Virus record (IMG/VR): IMGVR_UViG_3300027631_002331
Coordinates: 1 to 64,000 of that record
Length of the DNA stretch: 64,000 nt
Strand: one strand, 5' to 3'
Source of the DNA: a virus
Notes under the pieces: generated by a model
What the model saw: the letters and a program-made list of their open reading frames with translations, nothing else
What the model was told of the DNA's origin: nothing
The model's database searches: none
Part shown: one piece after another, positions 38,932-49,380 of the stretch
Layout: each line of letters starts with the position of its first letter
Position numbering within the stretch: the stretch's first letter is position 1
Program-made: the position numbers and the translations under genes

Positions 38932-39777
38932 ATGAATTTAGATTTATTAAAAAGTAAATTAGATACGATTCAAAATCGTAGCACAGGTGAGAAGAAAGAC
39001 TACACAACTATCTTTTGGAAACCAACAGTAGGAAAACAAACAATCCGTTTAGTACCTTCAAAGTACACTCCAGAAAACCCATTTTCAGAACTTAAGTTTT
39101 ATTATGGTATTACTAATAAGGTAATGATTTCACCCCTAAATACAGGTGGTAAGGATCCAATTGCTGAGTTTGTACAAAAATTGTATGATTCAAACGACAA
39201 ATCCAACTTCGATTTAGCACGTAAGTTAAGAGCTAAAAATCGTATTTTCGCACCTGTAGTAGTAAGAGGTGAAGAAGATAAAGGTGTTCGTCTATGGGGA
39301 TTTGGCCAACAGATTTATACTGAGTTATTAGCTATGGCTGCTGATGAAGAGATTGGTGATTTTACAGATGTAACAGGTGGGTTAGATTTTACTGCTGAAA
39401 CAGTAGGACCAGAATCTACAGGTACTCAATACAATAAAACATCAATCAGAGCTAAACGTCAAAACTCACCCTTAAGTGAAGATGCTACTCAAGTTGAAAC
39501 TTGGTTAAACACACAACCAAATCCACTAGAGCAGTTTAAAAACTATACTTTTGATGAGATGAAAGATGCATTACGTCGTTATTTAGAACCCGAAAGTGAT
39601 AACCAAAGTGAAGGTTCTATTTCATCTGAAGCACCAACTCCGTTTGAGATGACATCAAATACTAATACTGAAAGTAGAGGTGATTTACCTTGGGAGAAGG
39701 GTAATAATTACGCAGCAGACACATCAAAAGCTAAAATAGCAAAAACAGATAAATTTGATTCATTATTCGAAGACTAA
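38932..39777 (+). CDS. single-stranded DNA-binding protein (gp32-like)
   Basis: FWKP..G..TIRLVP, DPIAEF, VVVRGEE..GVRLWGFG; acidic tail FDSLFED. Confidence 0.8.
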   Translation: MNLDLLKSKLDTIQNRSTGEKKDYTTIFWKPTVGKQTIRLVPSKYTPENPFSELKFYYGITNKVMISPLNTGGKDPIAEFVQKLYDSNDKSNFDLARKLRAKNRIFAPVVVRGEEDKGVRLWGFGQQIYTELLAMAADEEIGDFTDVTGGLDFTAETVGPESTGTQYNKTSIRAKRQNSPLSEDATQVETWLNTQPNPLEQFKNYTFDEMKDALRRYLEPESDNQSEGSISSEAPTPFEMTSNTNTESRGDLPWEKGNNYAADTSKAKIAKTDKFDSLFED

Positions 39778-39780
39778 TAA

Positions 39781-40851
39781 ATGGCAAAGAAAAAATCACT
39801 AACAGAAGCAGCATCTGCTGAACTGAAATCAAACTTTAACTTAAACGCTTTTAAAACTAAGAAAGGATTATCATCTAACTCTAAGTTTAAAGAACAACAG
39901 TGGTTACCACTATCTCAAGCGTTTCAAGATGTAACATCGATTCCAGGTATTCCTATGGGTCATATTGTGTTACTAAGAGGACATTCAGATACAGGCAAAA
40001 CAACTGCACTTATTGAAGCGGCAGTTGAAGCACAAAAACGAAAAATACTCCCAGTATTTATTATTACTGAGATGAAATGGAATTGGGAACACGCACGTAT
40101 GATGGGTCTCCAAGTTGAAGAAATCAAAGATGATAAGGGTGAGGTAGTAGATTATGAAGGAAACTTCTTATACGCTGACCGAGAAACAATCCATAGTATT
40201 GAAGGTGTAGCAGGTTTCATTTTAGATTTAATAGACGAACAAAAGAAAGGTAACTTACCTTATGATTTATTATTCCTATGGGATAGTATTGGATCAGTAC
40301 CTTGTGAAATGTCTCTAAAATCAAATAAAAATAACAACGAATGGAACGCAGGTGCTATGTCAACTCAGTTTGGTAATGGTGTTAATCAACGTATTACCTT
40401 ATCTCGTAAAGAATCATCTGCTTACACTAATACATTAGTTTGTATTAATAAAGTATGGACATCAAAACCAGCATCTCCTATGGGTCAACCCAAGATGGAA
40501 AATAAAGGTGGTATGTCTATGTGGTATGATTCAACGTTAGTTATTACTTTTGGTAATATCACAAATGCTGGTACTTCTAAGATTAAAGCCATCAAAGATG
40601 GTAAACAAGTTGAGTTCGCTAAACGTGTAAATCTTCAAATAGATAAAAATCACATCAATGGTGTAACCACCAGAGGTCGTATTGTTATGACTCCTCATGG
40701 TTTTATTGATGATGATGAGAAAGCACTAAAAACTTACAAAACCGACTATGCTAAAAGTTGGGCTGCCCAACTAGGCGGTGAAGAGTTTGATATAGTTGAA
40801 GAAAACGAGTCATCATCACCTATGGCTATGTTTGAGCAAGAACCACAATAA
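39781..40851 (+). CDS. RecA/UvsX-like recombinase
   Basis: GIPMGHI..LRGHSDTGKTT Walker A; LFLWDSIGS Walker B; GG..MWY; KNH. Confidence 0.85.
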   Translation: MAKKKSLTEAASAELKSNFNLNAFKTKKGLSSNSKFKEQQWLPLSQAFQDVTSIPGIPMGHIVLLRGHSDTGKTTALIEAAVEAQKRKILPVFIITEMKWNWEHARMMGLQVEEIKDDKGEVVDYEGNFLYADRETIHSIEGVAGFILDLIDEQKKGNLPYDLLFLWDSIGSVPCEMSLKSNKNNNEWNAGAMSTQFGNGVNQRITLSRKESSAYTNTLVCINKVWTSKPASPMGQPKMENKGGMSMWYDSTLVITFGNITNAGTSKIKAIKDGKQVEFAKRVNLQIDKNHINGVTTRGRIVMTPHGFIDDDEKALKTYKTDYAKSWAAQLGGEEFDIVEENESSSPMAMFEQEPQ

Positions 40852-40861
40852 ACAAAAAACT

Positions 40862-41899
40862 ATGAATAAAGATCTACAAGCCCTCTTGGACAACGTTCAA
40901 GAGGATGGGATCGTACTAGATTCCACTCCAAACGATAGAGTATTAATGATAGATGGTTTAAATCTATTCTTTAGAAACTTTGCAATGATTAATGCTGTAA
41001 ACCCACAAGGTATACACGTTGGTGGTTTAGGAGGGTTTTTAAGATCTTTAGGAGCTTTAATAAGACAAATACAACCGACCTCTGTTTATGTAATATTCGA
41101 TGGGGTAGGTTCATCCACAAATAGGAAGAATCTACTCCCCGAATATAAATCGGGTAGGAATATACAACGAATAACAAACTGGGAAGTATTTGAATCAGTA
41201 GGTGATGAACATGATGCTAAAGTAGATCAGATAGTTAGGTTAATCCAATATTTAAAACATCTACCAATCAAAGTAATATCGATGGCTAAAGTTGAAGCCG
41301 ATGATGTTATTGCTCACTTAGCACAAGTTATAGATCAAGAATACAACGGACGTAGTATTATTGTATCATCAGATAAAGATTTCCTACAACTAGTAAACGA
41401 TAATATAATCGTATACAGACCTATTGAGAAAAACTTCTATACAGATGCTATGATAGTTGAAAAGTTTGGTATGAAAGCTGAAAACTTTATCCTATATAAG
41501 GTATTAATGGGGGATGCCTCTGATAAAATACCAGGAGTTAAAGGATTAGGTCCTAAAAAACTATTTAAACTATTCCCCGAACTACAAACCCAACACCTTA
41601 CGTTAGACGATATTTTTGATATAGCAGGTAAAAAGTTAAAAGAAAATGTTATATATTCAAGAATAATAATGACTGAAGATGATTTACGTAAAAACTATAC
41701 TATTATGGACCTAGCAAAACCTATGTTAGATGTAGATGATAAAATATTATTAGACGAATCTATCAAAGCAGGAGTACCAGATTTAGCTTCTAAACCCTTT
41801 ATGGATTTATATAACGAAGATTCACTAGGGGGTATGATTAGAAATACAGATTTCTGGTTAAAAGATAACTTTGGTCCTCTCCAACAAAGTGTAGGATAA
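40862..41899 (+). CDS. 5'-3' exonuclease / RNase H (FEN1-PolI N-terminal family)
   Basis: IDGLNLFFR, FDG, YKSGR, EADDVIA, SSDKDFLQL, GDASDKIPGVKGLGPK; ATG at 40862. Confidence 0.92.
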   Translation: MNKDLQALLDNVQEDGIVLDSTPNDRVLMIDGLNLFFRNFAMINAVNPQGIHVGGLGGFLRSLGALIRQIQPTSVYVIFDGVGSSTNRKNLLPEYKSGRNIQRITNWEVFESVGDEHDAKVDQIVRLIQYLKHLPIKVISMAKVEADDVIAHLAQVIDQEYNGRSIIVSSDKDFLQLVNDNIIVYRPIEKNFYTDAMIVEKFGMKAENFILYKVLMGDASDKIPGVKGLGPKKLFKLFPELQTQHLTLDDIFDIAGKKLKENVIYSRIIMTEDDLRKNYTIMDLAKPMLDVDDKILLDESIKAGVPDLASKPFMDLYNEDSLGGMIRNTDFWLKDNFGPLQQSVG

Positions 41900-41920
41900 G
41901 CCAAATATGATTCGTATATT
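41892..41920 (+). promoter_or_regulatory. TAGG-N17-CGTATATT motif
   Basis: Upstream of helicase ATG 41952. Confidence 0.6.
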
Positions 41921-41951
41921 ACGACGTATTAAATAATAAAATAAAAGTTAC

Positions 41952-43340
41952 ATGACACTAAATAGCGTTAGCGATTACGGGAAAGGATTCCAAATAAAAG
42001 TGTTATCATCTTTATTAACTCATAAAGAACTACTTACCAACATACACGATATTATCTCAGATGAATATTTCGAATCAGCTTCACATAAATGGATTGTAAG
42101 TGAAATACTTAAATATTATGATAAGTATCACACTACACCGAGTCTGGATATTCTAAAAGTAGAGTTACAGAAAATCGATAACGATGTCTTACAAGTGTCT
42201 ATTAAAGACCAACTTAAACAAGCATATGTTGCATCAGATGAAGATTTAGCTTATATTCAAGAAGAGTTTACTGATTTTTGTAAAAACCAACAACTGAAAA
42301 AAGCACTTATGTCATCTGTTGATTTATTAAAAGCAGGTGATTTTGATGGTATTAGATTTATGGTTGACAACGCTTTAAAAGCAGGTCAAGATAAAAATAT
42401 AGGTCACGATTACTTAAAAGATATTGAATCTCGTTATCGTAAAGAATCACGTGATGTTATTCCTACACCTTGGGATGGGGTTAATAACCTATTACAGGGT
42501 GGATTAGGTAATGGAGATTTTGGTTTAGTATTTGGTAACCCAGGTGGTGGTAAATCATGGGCGTTGGTTGCTTTAGGAGGACACGCCGCAAAGTTAGGAT
42601 ATAACGTTGTTCACTATACACTAGAGTTAGGTGAGGAATATGTTGCTAGAAGATATGATTCGTTTTTTACAAAAATACCTGTAGACAAAATAATAAATCA
42701 TAGAGAAACAGTTGAATCAGTTATAGCAGATCTACCAGGAAGTGTTATTATTAAAGAGTTCCCAACAGGTAGAGCCACAGTATCTACGATTGAATCACAT
42801 CTACAAAAGGTAGGAGACATAGGAAATAAACCAGACCTTATTATAATAGATTATGTTGACCTTCTTGCATCAACTCGTAAAAACTCTGAACGGAAACAAG
42901 AGATAGATGATATTTATACTAGTACAAAAGGGTTAGCTAGACAACTAGATCTACCCATTTGGTCAGTATCTCAAGTTAATAGAACAGGTGCTCAAGATAA
43001 GATTATCGAAGGAGATAAAGCAGCGGGTTCATACGATAAAATGATGATTACTGATTTTGCGATGTCGTTATCTCGTAAAAAAGAAGATAAAGAAAGAGGA
43101 ACAGGACGTTTCCATATTATGAAAAACAGATATGGAACGGATGGTTTAACCTTTAATGTTAACGCTGATACGTCAACAGGTCACTTTGTTTTATCTGCTT
43201 ATAACGAAGATGATGAGGATGATGATACACCTAAGTTCAACCCAGCGGCTAAACCAGCAGGTCCTGTTGACAATTGGGATAAGAAGGCACTAAAGAATAC
43301 AACAGCCTACGAGGCATTTTTTAAAACAGAAAATAAATAA
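41952..43340 (+). CDS. DnaB-like replicative helicase
   Basis: GNPGGGKS, YTLEL, IIIDYVDLL, SQVNR, KNRYG. Confidence 0.93.
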   Translation: MTLNSVSDYGKGFQIKVLSSLLTHKELLTNIHDIISDEYFESASHKWIVSEILKYYDKYHTTPSLDILKVELQKIDNDVLQVSIKDQLKQAYVASDEDLAYIQEEFTDFCKNQQLKKALMSSVDLLKAGDFDGIRFMVDNALKAGQDKNIGHDYLKDIESRYRKESRDVIPTPWDGVNNLLQGGLGNGDFGLVFGNPGGGKSWALVALGGHAAKLGYNVVHYTLELGEEYVARRYDSFFTKIPVDKIINHRETVESVIADLPGSVIIKEFPTGRATVSTIESHLQKVGDIGNKPDLIIIDYVDLLASTRKNSERKQEIDDIYTSTKGLARQLDLPIWSVSQVNRTGAQDKIIEGDKAAGSYDKMMITDFAMSLSRKKEDKERGTGRFHIMKNRYGTDGLTFNVNADTSTGHFVLSAYNEDDEDDDTPKFNPAAKPAGPVDNWDKKALKNTTAYEAFFKTENK

Positions 43341-43345
43341 TAAAC

Positions 43346-44326
43346 ATGAGGAACATTACTGAGGAGAGAATAGTTTACAAACCTTTTGAATACCCGGAGG
43401 CGTTTGATTTTTACTTAAAACAACAACAAGCACATTGGTTATGGACTGAAGTTCCTATGATGGCAGATGTAACGGATTGGAAATCAAATCTATCAGAAAC
43501 TGAAAAAAATATTATAGGATCTATCCTCAAGGGATTTGCTCAAACTGAAACAGTAGTAAACGACTATTGGTCAAACTTAGTTACTAAGTGGTTTAGAAAA
43601 CCTGAAATCATTGCTATGGGTGTATGTTTTGCTAATATGGAAACTGTACATGCCGAAGCATATTCTTTATTAAACGAAGAACTAGGATTAGATGATTTTA
43701 GTGAGTTTTTAGAAGATGAAACAACGATGGCTAAAATCGAAAACCTTATGAGTGTTAGAGATGGCCATGATGGTAAACCTGATTGGAATGCTAGAGCTAA
43801 GTCGTTAGCCATATTTTCAGCATTCACTGAAGGTGTAAATCTATTCTCATCATTCGCTGTTTTATTATCTTTTAAACTACAAAATAAACTTAAAGGTGTA
43901 GGTCAGATAGTAGAGTGGAGTATTAGAGATGAATCACTACATTCAAATGCGGGTTGTTGGTTATTTAGAACTTTATTAGAGGAAAACCCAGAAATAAACA
44001 CACCTGAACTAAGAGCAGAAATCGAAGAGGCAGCAAGATTATCTTTAAAACTCGAACTAGATTTTATTGACAAAGTTTATGAGATGGGTGATTTAGATGG
44101 ATGTCCTAAATATGATTTAGTATCTTTTATTAAACATAGAGTTAATACTAAAATGGGTGATTTAGGTTATGGTGCTATTGTAAACGGCATAGATGAATCA
44201 GCTGTTAAAAGAATGAAATGGTTTGATTCACTATCAGCAGGAAAACAACATACTGATTTCTTCGCAAATAGAGTTACAAACTATAGTAAAGGAGCACAAA
44301 ACTGGGACGCAAACGATATATTTTAA
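43346..44326 (+). CDS. nrdB: ribonucleotide reductase class I beta subunit
   Basis: YKPFEYP, METVHAEAY, EGVNLFSSF, RDESLH, DFFANR. Confidence 0.95.
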   Translation: MRNITEERIVYKPFEYPEAFDFYLKQQQAHWLWTEVPMMADVTDWKSNLSETEKNIIGSILKGFAQTETVVNDYWSNLVTKWFRKPEIIAMGVCFANMETVHAEAYSLLNEELGLDDFSEFLEDETTMAKIENLMSVRDGHDGKPDWNARAKSLAIFSAFTEGVNLFSSFAVLLSFKLQNKLKGVGQIVEWSIRDESLHSNAGCWLFRTLLEENPEINTPELRAEIEEAARLSLKLELDFIDKVYEMGDLDGCPKYDLVSFIKHRVNTKMGDLGYGAIVNGIDESAVKRMKWFDSLSAGKQHTDFFANRVTNYSKGAQNWDANDIF

Positions 44327-44330
44327 AAAC

Positions 44331-46043
44331 ATGGACAACAACTTGATTTCAAATACTGATAACTGGGTAGCAGGTAAAGACTATCCTGAGTTTTTTGATG
44401 AGATTTCACTCTCAACAATCTCAAAGGGTTATTTACTACCTGGTGAAACACCAAAAACAGCTTATAGACGAGTAGCTAAAGCAGCATCTATGAGACTTAA
44501 AAAACCAGAACTTGAAAATAAGTTCTTTAAGTTAATGTGGAATGGGTGGTTAGGTTTAGCTTCACCTGTTTTATCTAATATGGGTACTGATCGTGGTTTA
44601 CCTATCTCATGTTTTGGAGTAGATACACCTGATTCAGTTAGAGGTATTGGATTAACAAACGCGGAATTGATGAAACTAACATCACAAGGTGGTGGTGTTG
44701 GTATTTCACTATCTCGTATTAGAGGTAGAGGAACAGAGATTTCAGGTAATGGTAAATCTGAAGGGGTTGTTCCATGGGCTAAAATATATGATTCAACTAT
44801 AGTAGCAACAAACCAAGGTAATGTAAGACGAGGCGCAGCATCTGTTAATTTAGATATTAATCATATAGACATATCGGAGTTTATGCAGATTAGAAGACCT
44901 AAAGGTGATCCTAATAGGCAATGTCTAAACTTACACCAATGTGTTGTTGCTGATGATGCCTTTATGAGAAAGTTAGAAGCAAGGGATCAAGAAGCAATGG
45001 GTTTATGGGCTGAGATTTTAAAGTCAAGAATGGAAACAGGTGAACCCTATATTATGTTTAAGGATAATGTTAATAAAAACAATCCTATAGCATATGCTAT
45101 GAATAACTTAGAAGTAAGTATGACTAATATTTGTACTGAAATCACTTTATTTACAGATGAAGAACATTCGTTTATTTGTTGTTTATCTTCTTTAAACTTA
45201 GCTAAATATGATGAGTGGAAAGATACAGACGCTGTAGAGTTATCAACTTGGTTTTTAGATGGTGTAATGCAAGAGTTCATTGACAAATCATCAGGAAGAG
45301 AATCACTAAAACGTACTCATAACCATGCTCGTAAAGGTCGTGCTTTAGGTTTGGGTGTAATGGGTTGGCATTCATTTTTACAACAAAAGAATCTACCATT
45401 TAACTCAATAGCATCAACAGCACATACACATAATATATTTTCAGATATTAAGTTTAAAGCTGAAAAAGCATCAAGAGATCTAGCTCAAGAATATGGTGAA
45501 CCACTTTGGTGTAAAGGTACAGGTATGAGGAATACGCATTTATTAGCGACAGCTCCTACTGTATCGAATAGTGTCATAACAGGAGGTATTTCCGCAGGTA
45601 TCGAGCCTTTACCAGCGAATATTTACACATTTAATGGTGCTAAAGGAACGTTTATTCGTAAAAATAAATCATTAGAAGCATTACTTGAATCAAAAGGTAA
45701 AAATCAAGATAAATGGTGGGATATGATGTTAGCACAAGATGGTAGTGTTATGGGATTACCAGATGATGTATTAACACCAGATGAAAAAGAAATATTCTTT
45801 ACATTCCCAGAAATAAACCAACTTGAACTAGTACGTCAAGCTGCTATACGACAAAAATACATAGATCAAACACAATCACTTAACTTATCTTTTACACCTG
45901 ATGATTCACCAAAATGGATTAATCAAGTTCACCTAGAAAGTTGGAAACTGGGGATAAAGACATTATATTACCTACGTACTGATTCCGTTATTAAAGGAGA
46001 CTTAGGAAGTAGAGTAGCAGATTGCGTGAGTTGTGATGGCTAA
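44331..46043 (+). CDS. nrdA: ribonucleotide reductase class I alpha subunit, short form without evident ATP-cone
   Basis: SPVLSN, PISCF, GGGVG, RRGA, TNICTEI, CCLSSLNL, APTVSNS, KTLYY, C-terminal CVSCDG; ATG 44331. Confidence 0.95.
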   Translation: MDNNLISNTDNWVAGKDYPEFFDEISLSTISKGYLLPGETPKTAYRRVAKAASMRLKKPELENKFFKLMWNGWLGLASPVLSNMGTDRGLPISCFGVDTPDSVRGIGLTNAELMKLTSQGGGVGISLSRIRGRGTEISGNGKSEGVVPWAKIYDSTIVATNQGNVRRGAASVNLDINHIDISEFMQIRRPKGDPNRQCLNLHQCVVADDAFMRKLEARDQEAMGLWAEILKSRMETGEPYIMFKDNVNKNNPIAYAMNNLEVSMTNICTEITLFTDEEHSFICCLSSLNLAKYDEWKDTDAVELSTWFLDGVMQEFIDKSSGRESLKRTHNHARKGRALGLGVMGWHSFLQQKNLPFNSIASTAHTHNIFSDIKFKAEKASRDLAQEYGEPLWCKGTGMRNTHLLATAPTVSNSVITGGISAGIEPLPANIYTFNGAKGTFIRKNKSLEALLESKGKNQDKWWDMMLAQDGSVMGLPDDVLTPDEKEIFFTFPEINQLELVRQAAIRQKYIDQTQSLNLSFTPDDSPKWINQVHLESWKLGIKTLYYLRTDSVIKGDLGSRVADCVSCDG

Positions 46044-46047
46044 TGAG

Positions 46048-46055
46048 TATGTATA
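46048..46055 (+). promoter_or_regulatory. TATGTATA variant of putative late promoter
   Basis: Between nrdA and 46072. Confidence 0.45.
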
Positions 46056-46071
46056 ATCGTAAAAATAAAAA

Positions 46072-46692
46072 ATGAATTTACAAAAAACATTGAAGTTATT
46101 TTTATTTAGTTTTATTATTGGGTTTTCGTCTTGTACTAAAGCTCAATTACAAGAACCTAACTTAAGACAACAAGTTAAAGTTAATACTCCTATATTTTCT
46201 GTAATTTATTCTGAAACAAAAGAACAACCCCTAAAACTCGTTTACAGGTCTTCAAATAGACCTAAAAATGTAGATAGGGGTTCAATGAACTTTTATACAG
46301 AATCTAAATACCATACTTCGGATAACAGAGATTATTATAGAAATGTATGGGATAAAGGTCATCTAGCTCCTGCTGCTACATTTTCTGATAGTAGAGAAAA
46401 CTTAAAACAAACATTTTCATATCTTAACTGTGCCTTACAAAACCAATACCTAAATAGAGGTGCTTGGAGAATATTAGAGGAGCAAGAAAGAAAATGGGAT
46501 GATCAAGAAGAACTAATAATCACAATTGAAATAAAATTCTCAGATTCAATTCTACCTACAGGGGCTACACTACCTAGTAGGTTTATTAAATGTATTGAAT
46601 TTACAAAAAGTAATGTTAAACGCTGCTTTTCCTTTCCAAATAAAAAACCAACAATGGGTTGGGAGGAATATGAAGTAAAACATTTACGTTAA
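46072..46692 (+). CDS. exported DNA/RNA non-specific endonuclease (beta-beta-alpha-Me), probable lipoprotein
   Basis: WDKGHLAPAA, TFSYLN..Q...LNRGAWRILEEQER; hydrophobic leader ending GFSSC. Confidence 0.9.
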   Translation: MNLQKTLKLFLFSFIIGFSSCTKAQLQEPNLRQQVKVNTPIFSVIYSETKEQPLKLVYRSSNRPKNVDRGSMNFYTESKYHTSDNRDYYRNVWDKGHLAPAATFSDSRENLKQTFSYLNCALQNQYLNRGAWRILEEQERKWDDQEELIITIEIKFSDSILPTGATLPSRFIKCIEFTKSNVKRCFSFPNKKPTMGWEEYEVKHLR

Positions 46693-46731
46693 AGGTTATG
46701 TATTGTTTAATTTAAACTCAAAAAAACGAAA

Positions 46732-49209
46732 ATGAAAAAACTCGTTACAACGTTGCTGTTAGTATTCCTAACAGTAGGAGCTTACGCTCAAGAATCATCC
46801 ACTGATTCTAAAACCATCTTAGATGTAAATTTAGAAGAGGTAGTAATTACTTCACGTGTTATTGATGTCGCTAGAGAAAGAGAGACACCAATTGCCGTAA
46901 GTACAATCTCAGCACAAGAGGTGTTGTTGAAAGTAGGAAATCAGGAATTTCCAGAAATCATGAACAAGACACCAGGGGTGTATGCTACTAAACAAGGAGG
47001 GGGATATGGTGATAGTCGTATTTCTTTAAGAGGTTTTAATCAGCGTAATACTTCTTTTCTTATCAATGGTCAACCCGTTAATGATATGGAAAACGGTTGG
47101 GTGTATTGGTCGAATTGGCAAGGATTATCAGATGTAACATCTAATATCCAAATCCAACGTGGTCTAGGTGCCACTTCTTTAGCAGTACCATCCGTAGGAG
47201 GTACTGTTTCTATTTTCACTAAAAGTGCTGAAAAAGCTCAAGGTGGATCTTTAACTCAGATGTTGGGTAATGATGGTTATACCAAAACTACTGCAGTATA
47301 TAATACTGGGGTAAATGATAAAGGTTGGTCATCATCTTTTTTATTAACTAAATGGTCTGGAGATGGATACATTTATAATACATCAGGAGCAGGATGGACT
47401 TATTTCGCAGCCGTAGGATATACACCAGAAGGTTCAGCTCATAGCTTGAACCTTTCTTTTTTAGGTGCTGGACAATGGCATCACCAAAGAGATGTTTGGG
47501 TATCTATTAGAGATTATCAAAACTTCGGAGATGAAGGTATTGATAGACGTTGGAATACCAACGGTGGTACTTTAAATGGTGAAGAGTATAACTTACGTAG
47601 AAACTTCTACAATAAACCTCTTGCTACTATAAACTGGGATTGGGATATTTCAGATAATGTACAGTTAAACACATCTGTATACGGTTCAGCTGGTAGAGGT
47701 GGAGGAACAGGTCCTCGTGGTAGAAACTATTATGAAGGATCTATTGATATGTTACCTTTTCGTAAGGATTTAACTGAACACTACTTAGAAAATGGTAAAG
47801 GAACTCGAGATGCTAATGGCTTTATTAACTATGACGCAGTAGTAGCTCATAACTCCCAATATGAGGTAGGATCTCACAATGATAAAGATTATGCTCGTAA
47901 CGTATTAGTACGTAGAGCTTCTATGAATTCCCATAACTGGGTTGGAGCTATTTCTAAGCTTAACATCCAGAAAGATAAAATGAGATACTCTTTAGGAGTT
48001 GATTTACGTAACTATACTGGTTATCACTATAGAACAATGAATGATTTATTAGGTCTTCAAGGGTATGCTTCTACAGGTAATCAAAATCTAGGTACTCAAA
48101 TTTATGGTGCGAGTGATTTAGTATCAGCTAACCCATTTAGAAGTACTAATATTGGAGATAATGAAGCAAAAATTGCTTATTACAATATTGGATTTGTAAA
48201 GTGGGCAGGTGTTAATGGTTTAGTAGAATATGCTGGTGATAAGATTACCGCAGTACTACAAGCCGGAGCATCTAACCAACAATTCCAAAGAGAAGATAGA
48301 TTTGCAAACGTAAATAATCCTATTTCAGATAAAGCTAACTTAGGTGGTGGGTATCTAAAAGGAGGTATTAACTATAACTTTACTAAAAAATCTAACATAT
48401 TTGTAAATGCTGGTTATATTGATAGACAGCCTTTATTTGATGCCGTATTTCCTAACTTTGGAAATGATATCAACCCAGACCTACAAAACGAACGTATCGA
48501 ATCATTTGAGATTGGATATGGTTATATAGGTAAGAAATTAAAGTTAAATGTTAATGCATATAATACTAATTGGGGTAATAGATTTGTTTCTCGTAGTTTA
48601 TCTAATCAACAAGGAGTTGATGGGTTTGCTCAATTTAGAAATATTGATGTAACTCATAAAGGTATTGAAGCTGAAGCAACATATAGAATGGGTTCAACTA
48701 AACTAAGAGGTATGTTATCTATTGGTGATTGGACTTACACTAAAGACTTCGAAGCAGAGCTATTTGACGAAAACCAACAATCAATTGGTACTGGTAAACT
48801 TTATACTAAAGGTGCTAAGGTTGGAGATGCCGCTCAAATTACTGCTTTTATAGGTGTTGATCAAAGATTAGGTGATAAATTAAAAGTAGATCTAGATTAT
48901 AGATTTGTAGATGGTCTATACGCTGATTATAGTATTACAGATTCAGCATTTACTAACCCAGATAATGAAGGAGCATTAAAATTACCTTCTTATGGTATTG
49001 TAGATTTAGGAGCTACATTTTATGCAGCTAATGGTTGGTCATTGAGAGCAAACATTAATAACTTATTAGATACCACTTACATTGCAGAGTCTAATAGTAA
49101 TATTCATGCAACTGCTGGTTCCACTACCTGGAATGGAATTGATACAAGAAATAGTGTATGGTTCGGATTTGGACGTACATGGAATGTTTCGCTTAAATAT
49201 AAATTTTAA
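46732..49209 (+). CDS. TonB-dependent outer-membrane transporter
   Basis: Signal peptide; LEEVVITS; plug TPGVY..ISLRGF..LINGQP; NINNLLD; ends GRTWNVSLKYKF. Confidence 0.93.
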   Translation: MKKLVTTLLLVFLTVGAYAQESSTDSKTILDVNLEEVVITSRVIDVARERETPIAVSTISAQEVLLKVGNQEFPEIMNKTPGVYATKQGGGYGDSRISLRGFNQRNTSFLINGQPVNDMENGWVYWSNWQGLSDVTSNIQIQRGLGATSLAVPSVGGTVSIFTKSAEKAQGGSLTQMLGNDGYTKTTAVYNTGVNDKGWSSSFLLTKWSGDGYIYNTSGAGWTYFAAVGYTPEGSAHSLNLSFLGAGQWHHQRDVWVSIRDYQNFGDEGIDRRWNTNGGTLNGEEYNLRRNFYNKPLATINWDWDISDNVQLNTSVYGSAGRGGGTGPRGRNYYEGSIDMLPFRKDLTEHYLENGKGTRDANGFINYDAVVAHNSQYEVGSHNDKDYARNVLVRRASMNSHNWVGAISKLNIQKDKMRYSLGVDLRNYTGYHYRTMNDLLGLQGYASTGNQNLGTQIYGASDLVSANPFRSTNIGDNEAKIAYYNIGFVKWAGVNGLVEYAGDKITAVLQAGASNQQFQREDRFANVNNPISDKANLGGGYLKGGINYNFTKKSNIFVNAGYIDRQPLFDAVFPNFGNDINPDLQNERIESFEIGYGYIGKKLKLNVNAYNTNWGNRFVSRSLSNQQGVDGFAQFRNIDVTHKGIEAEATYRMGSTKLRGMLSIGDWTYTKDFEAELFDENQQSIGTGKLYTKGAKVGDAAQITAFIGVDQRLGDKLKVDLDYRFVDGLYADYSITDSAFTNPDNEGALKLPSYGIVDLGATFYAANGWSLRANINNLLDTTYIAESNSNIHATAGSTTWNGIDTRNSVWFGFGRTWNVSLKYKF

Positions 49210-49213
49210 TAAT

Positions 49214-49242
49214 ATGGGGGCTTCGGCCCCCATTTATTTTTT
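49214..49242 (+). terminator. intrinsic terminator
   Basis: ATGGGGG-CTTCGG-CCCCCAT followed by TTATTTTTT. Confidence 0.8.
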
Positions 49243-49377
49243 ATGGAAGTATTAACAGAACTTTGGGAAAAAGAAGGTTATAAGCATGTAGGTAATTGGA
49301 TTGATGGTAGTATAGCTATACTACTATTGATGGGAGGATATTACTACAAAAAATGGGTTGATCACAAATTTAAATAA
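49243..49377 (+). CDS. small single-TM protein (44 aa, not in ORF track)
   Basis: MEVLTELWEKEGYKHVGNWIDGSIAILLLMGGYYYKKWVDHKFK; fills the gap before 49381. Confidence 0.55.
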   Translation: MEVLTELWEKEGYKHVGNWIDGSIAILLLMGGYYYKKWVDHKFK

Positions 49378-49380
49378 ATT

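Noticed and set aside
27363-44330. Upstream starts given by the track at 27363, 40796 and 44223
   Set aside because: The extensions run through a hairpin/promoter or the previous gene; ATGs at 27429, 40862 and 44331 fit better.
9680-46043. Introns, inteins or homing endonucleases in terL, polymerase, helicase or RNR
   Set aside because: These ORFs are continuous and of normal or short length.
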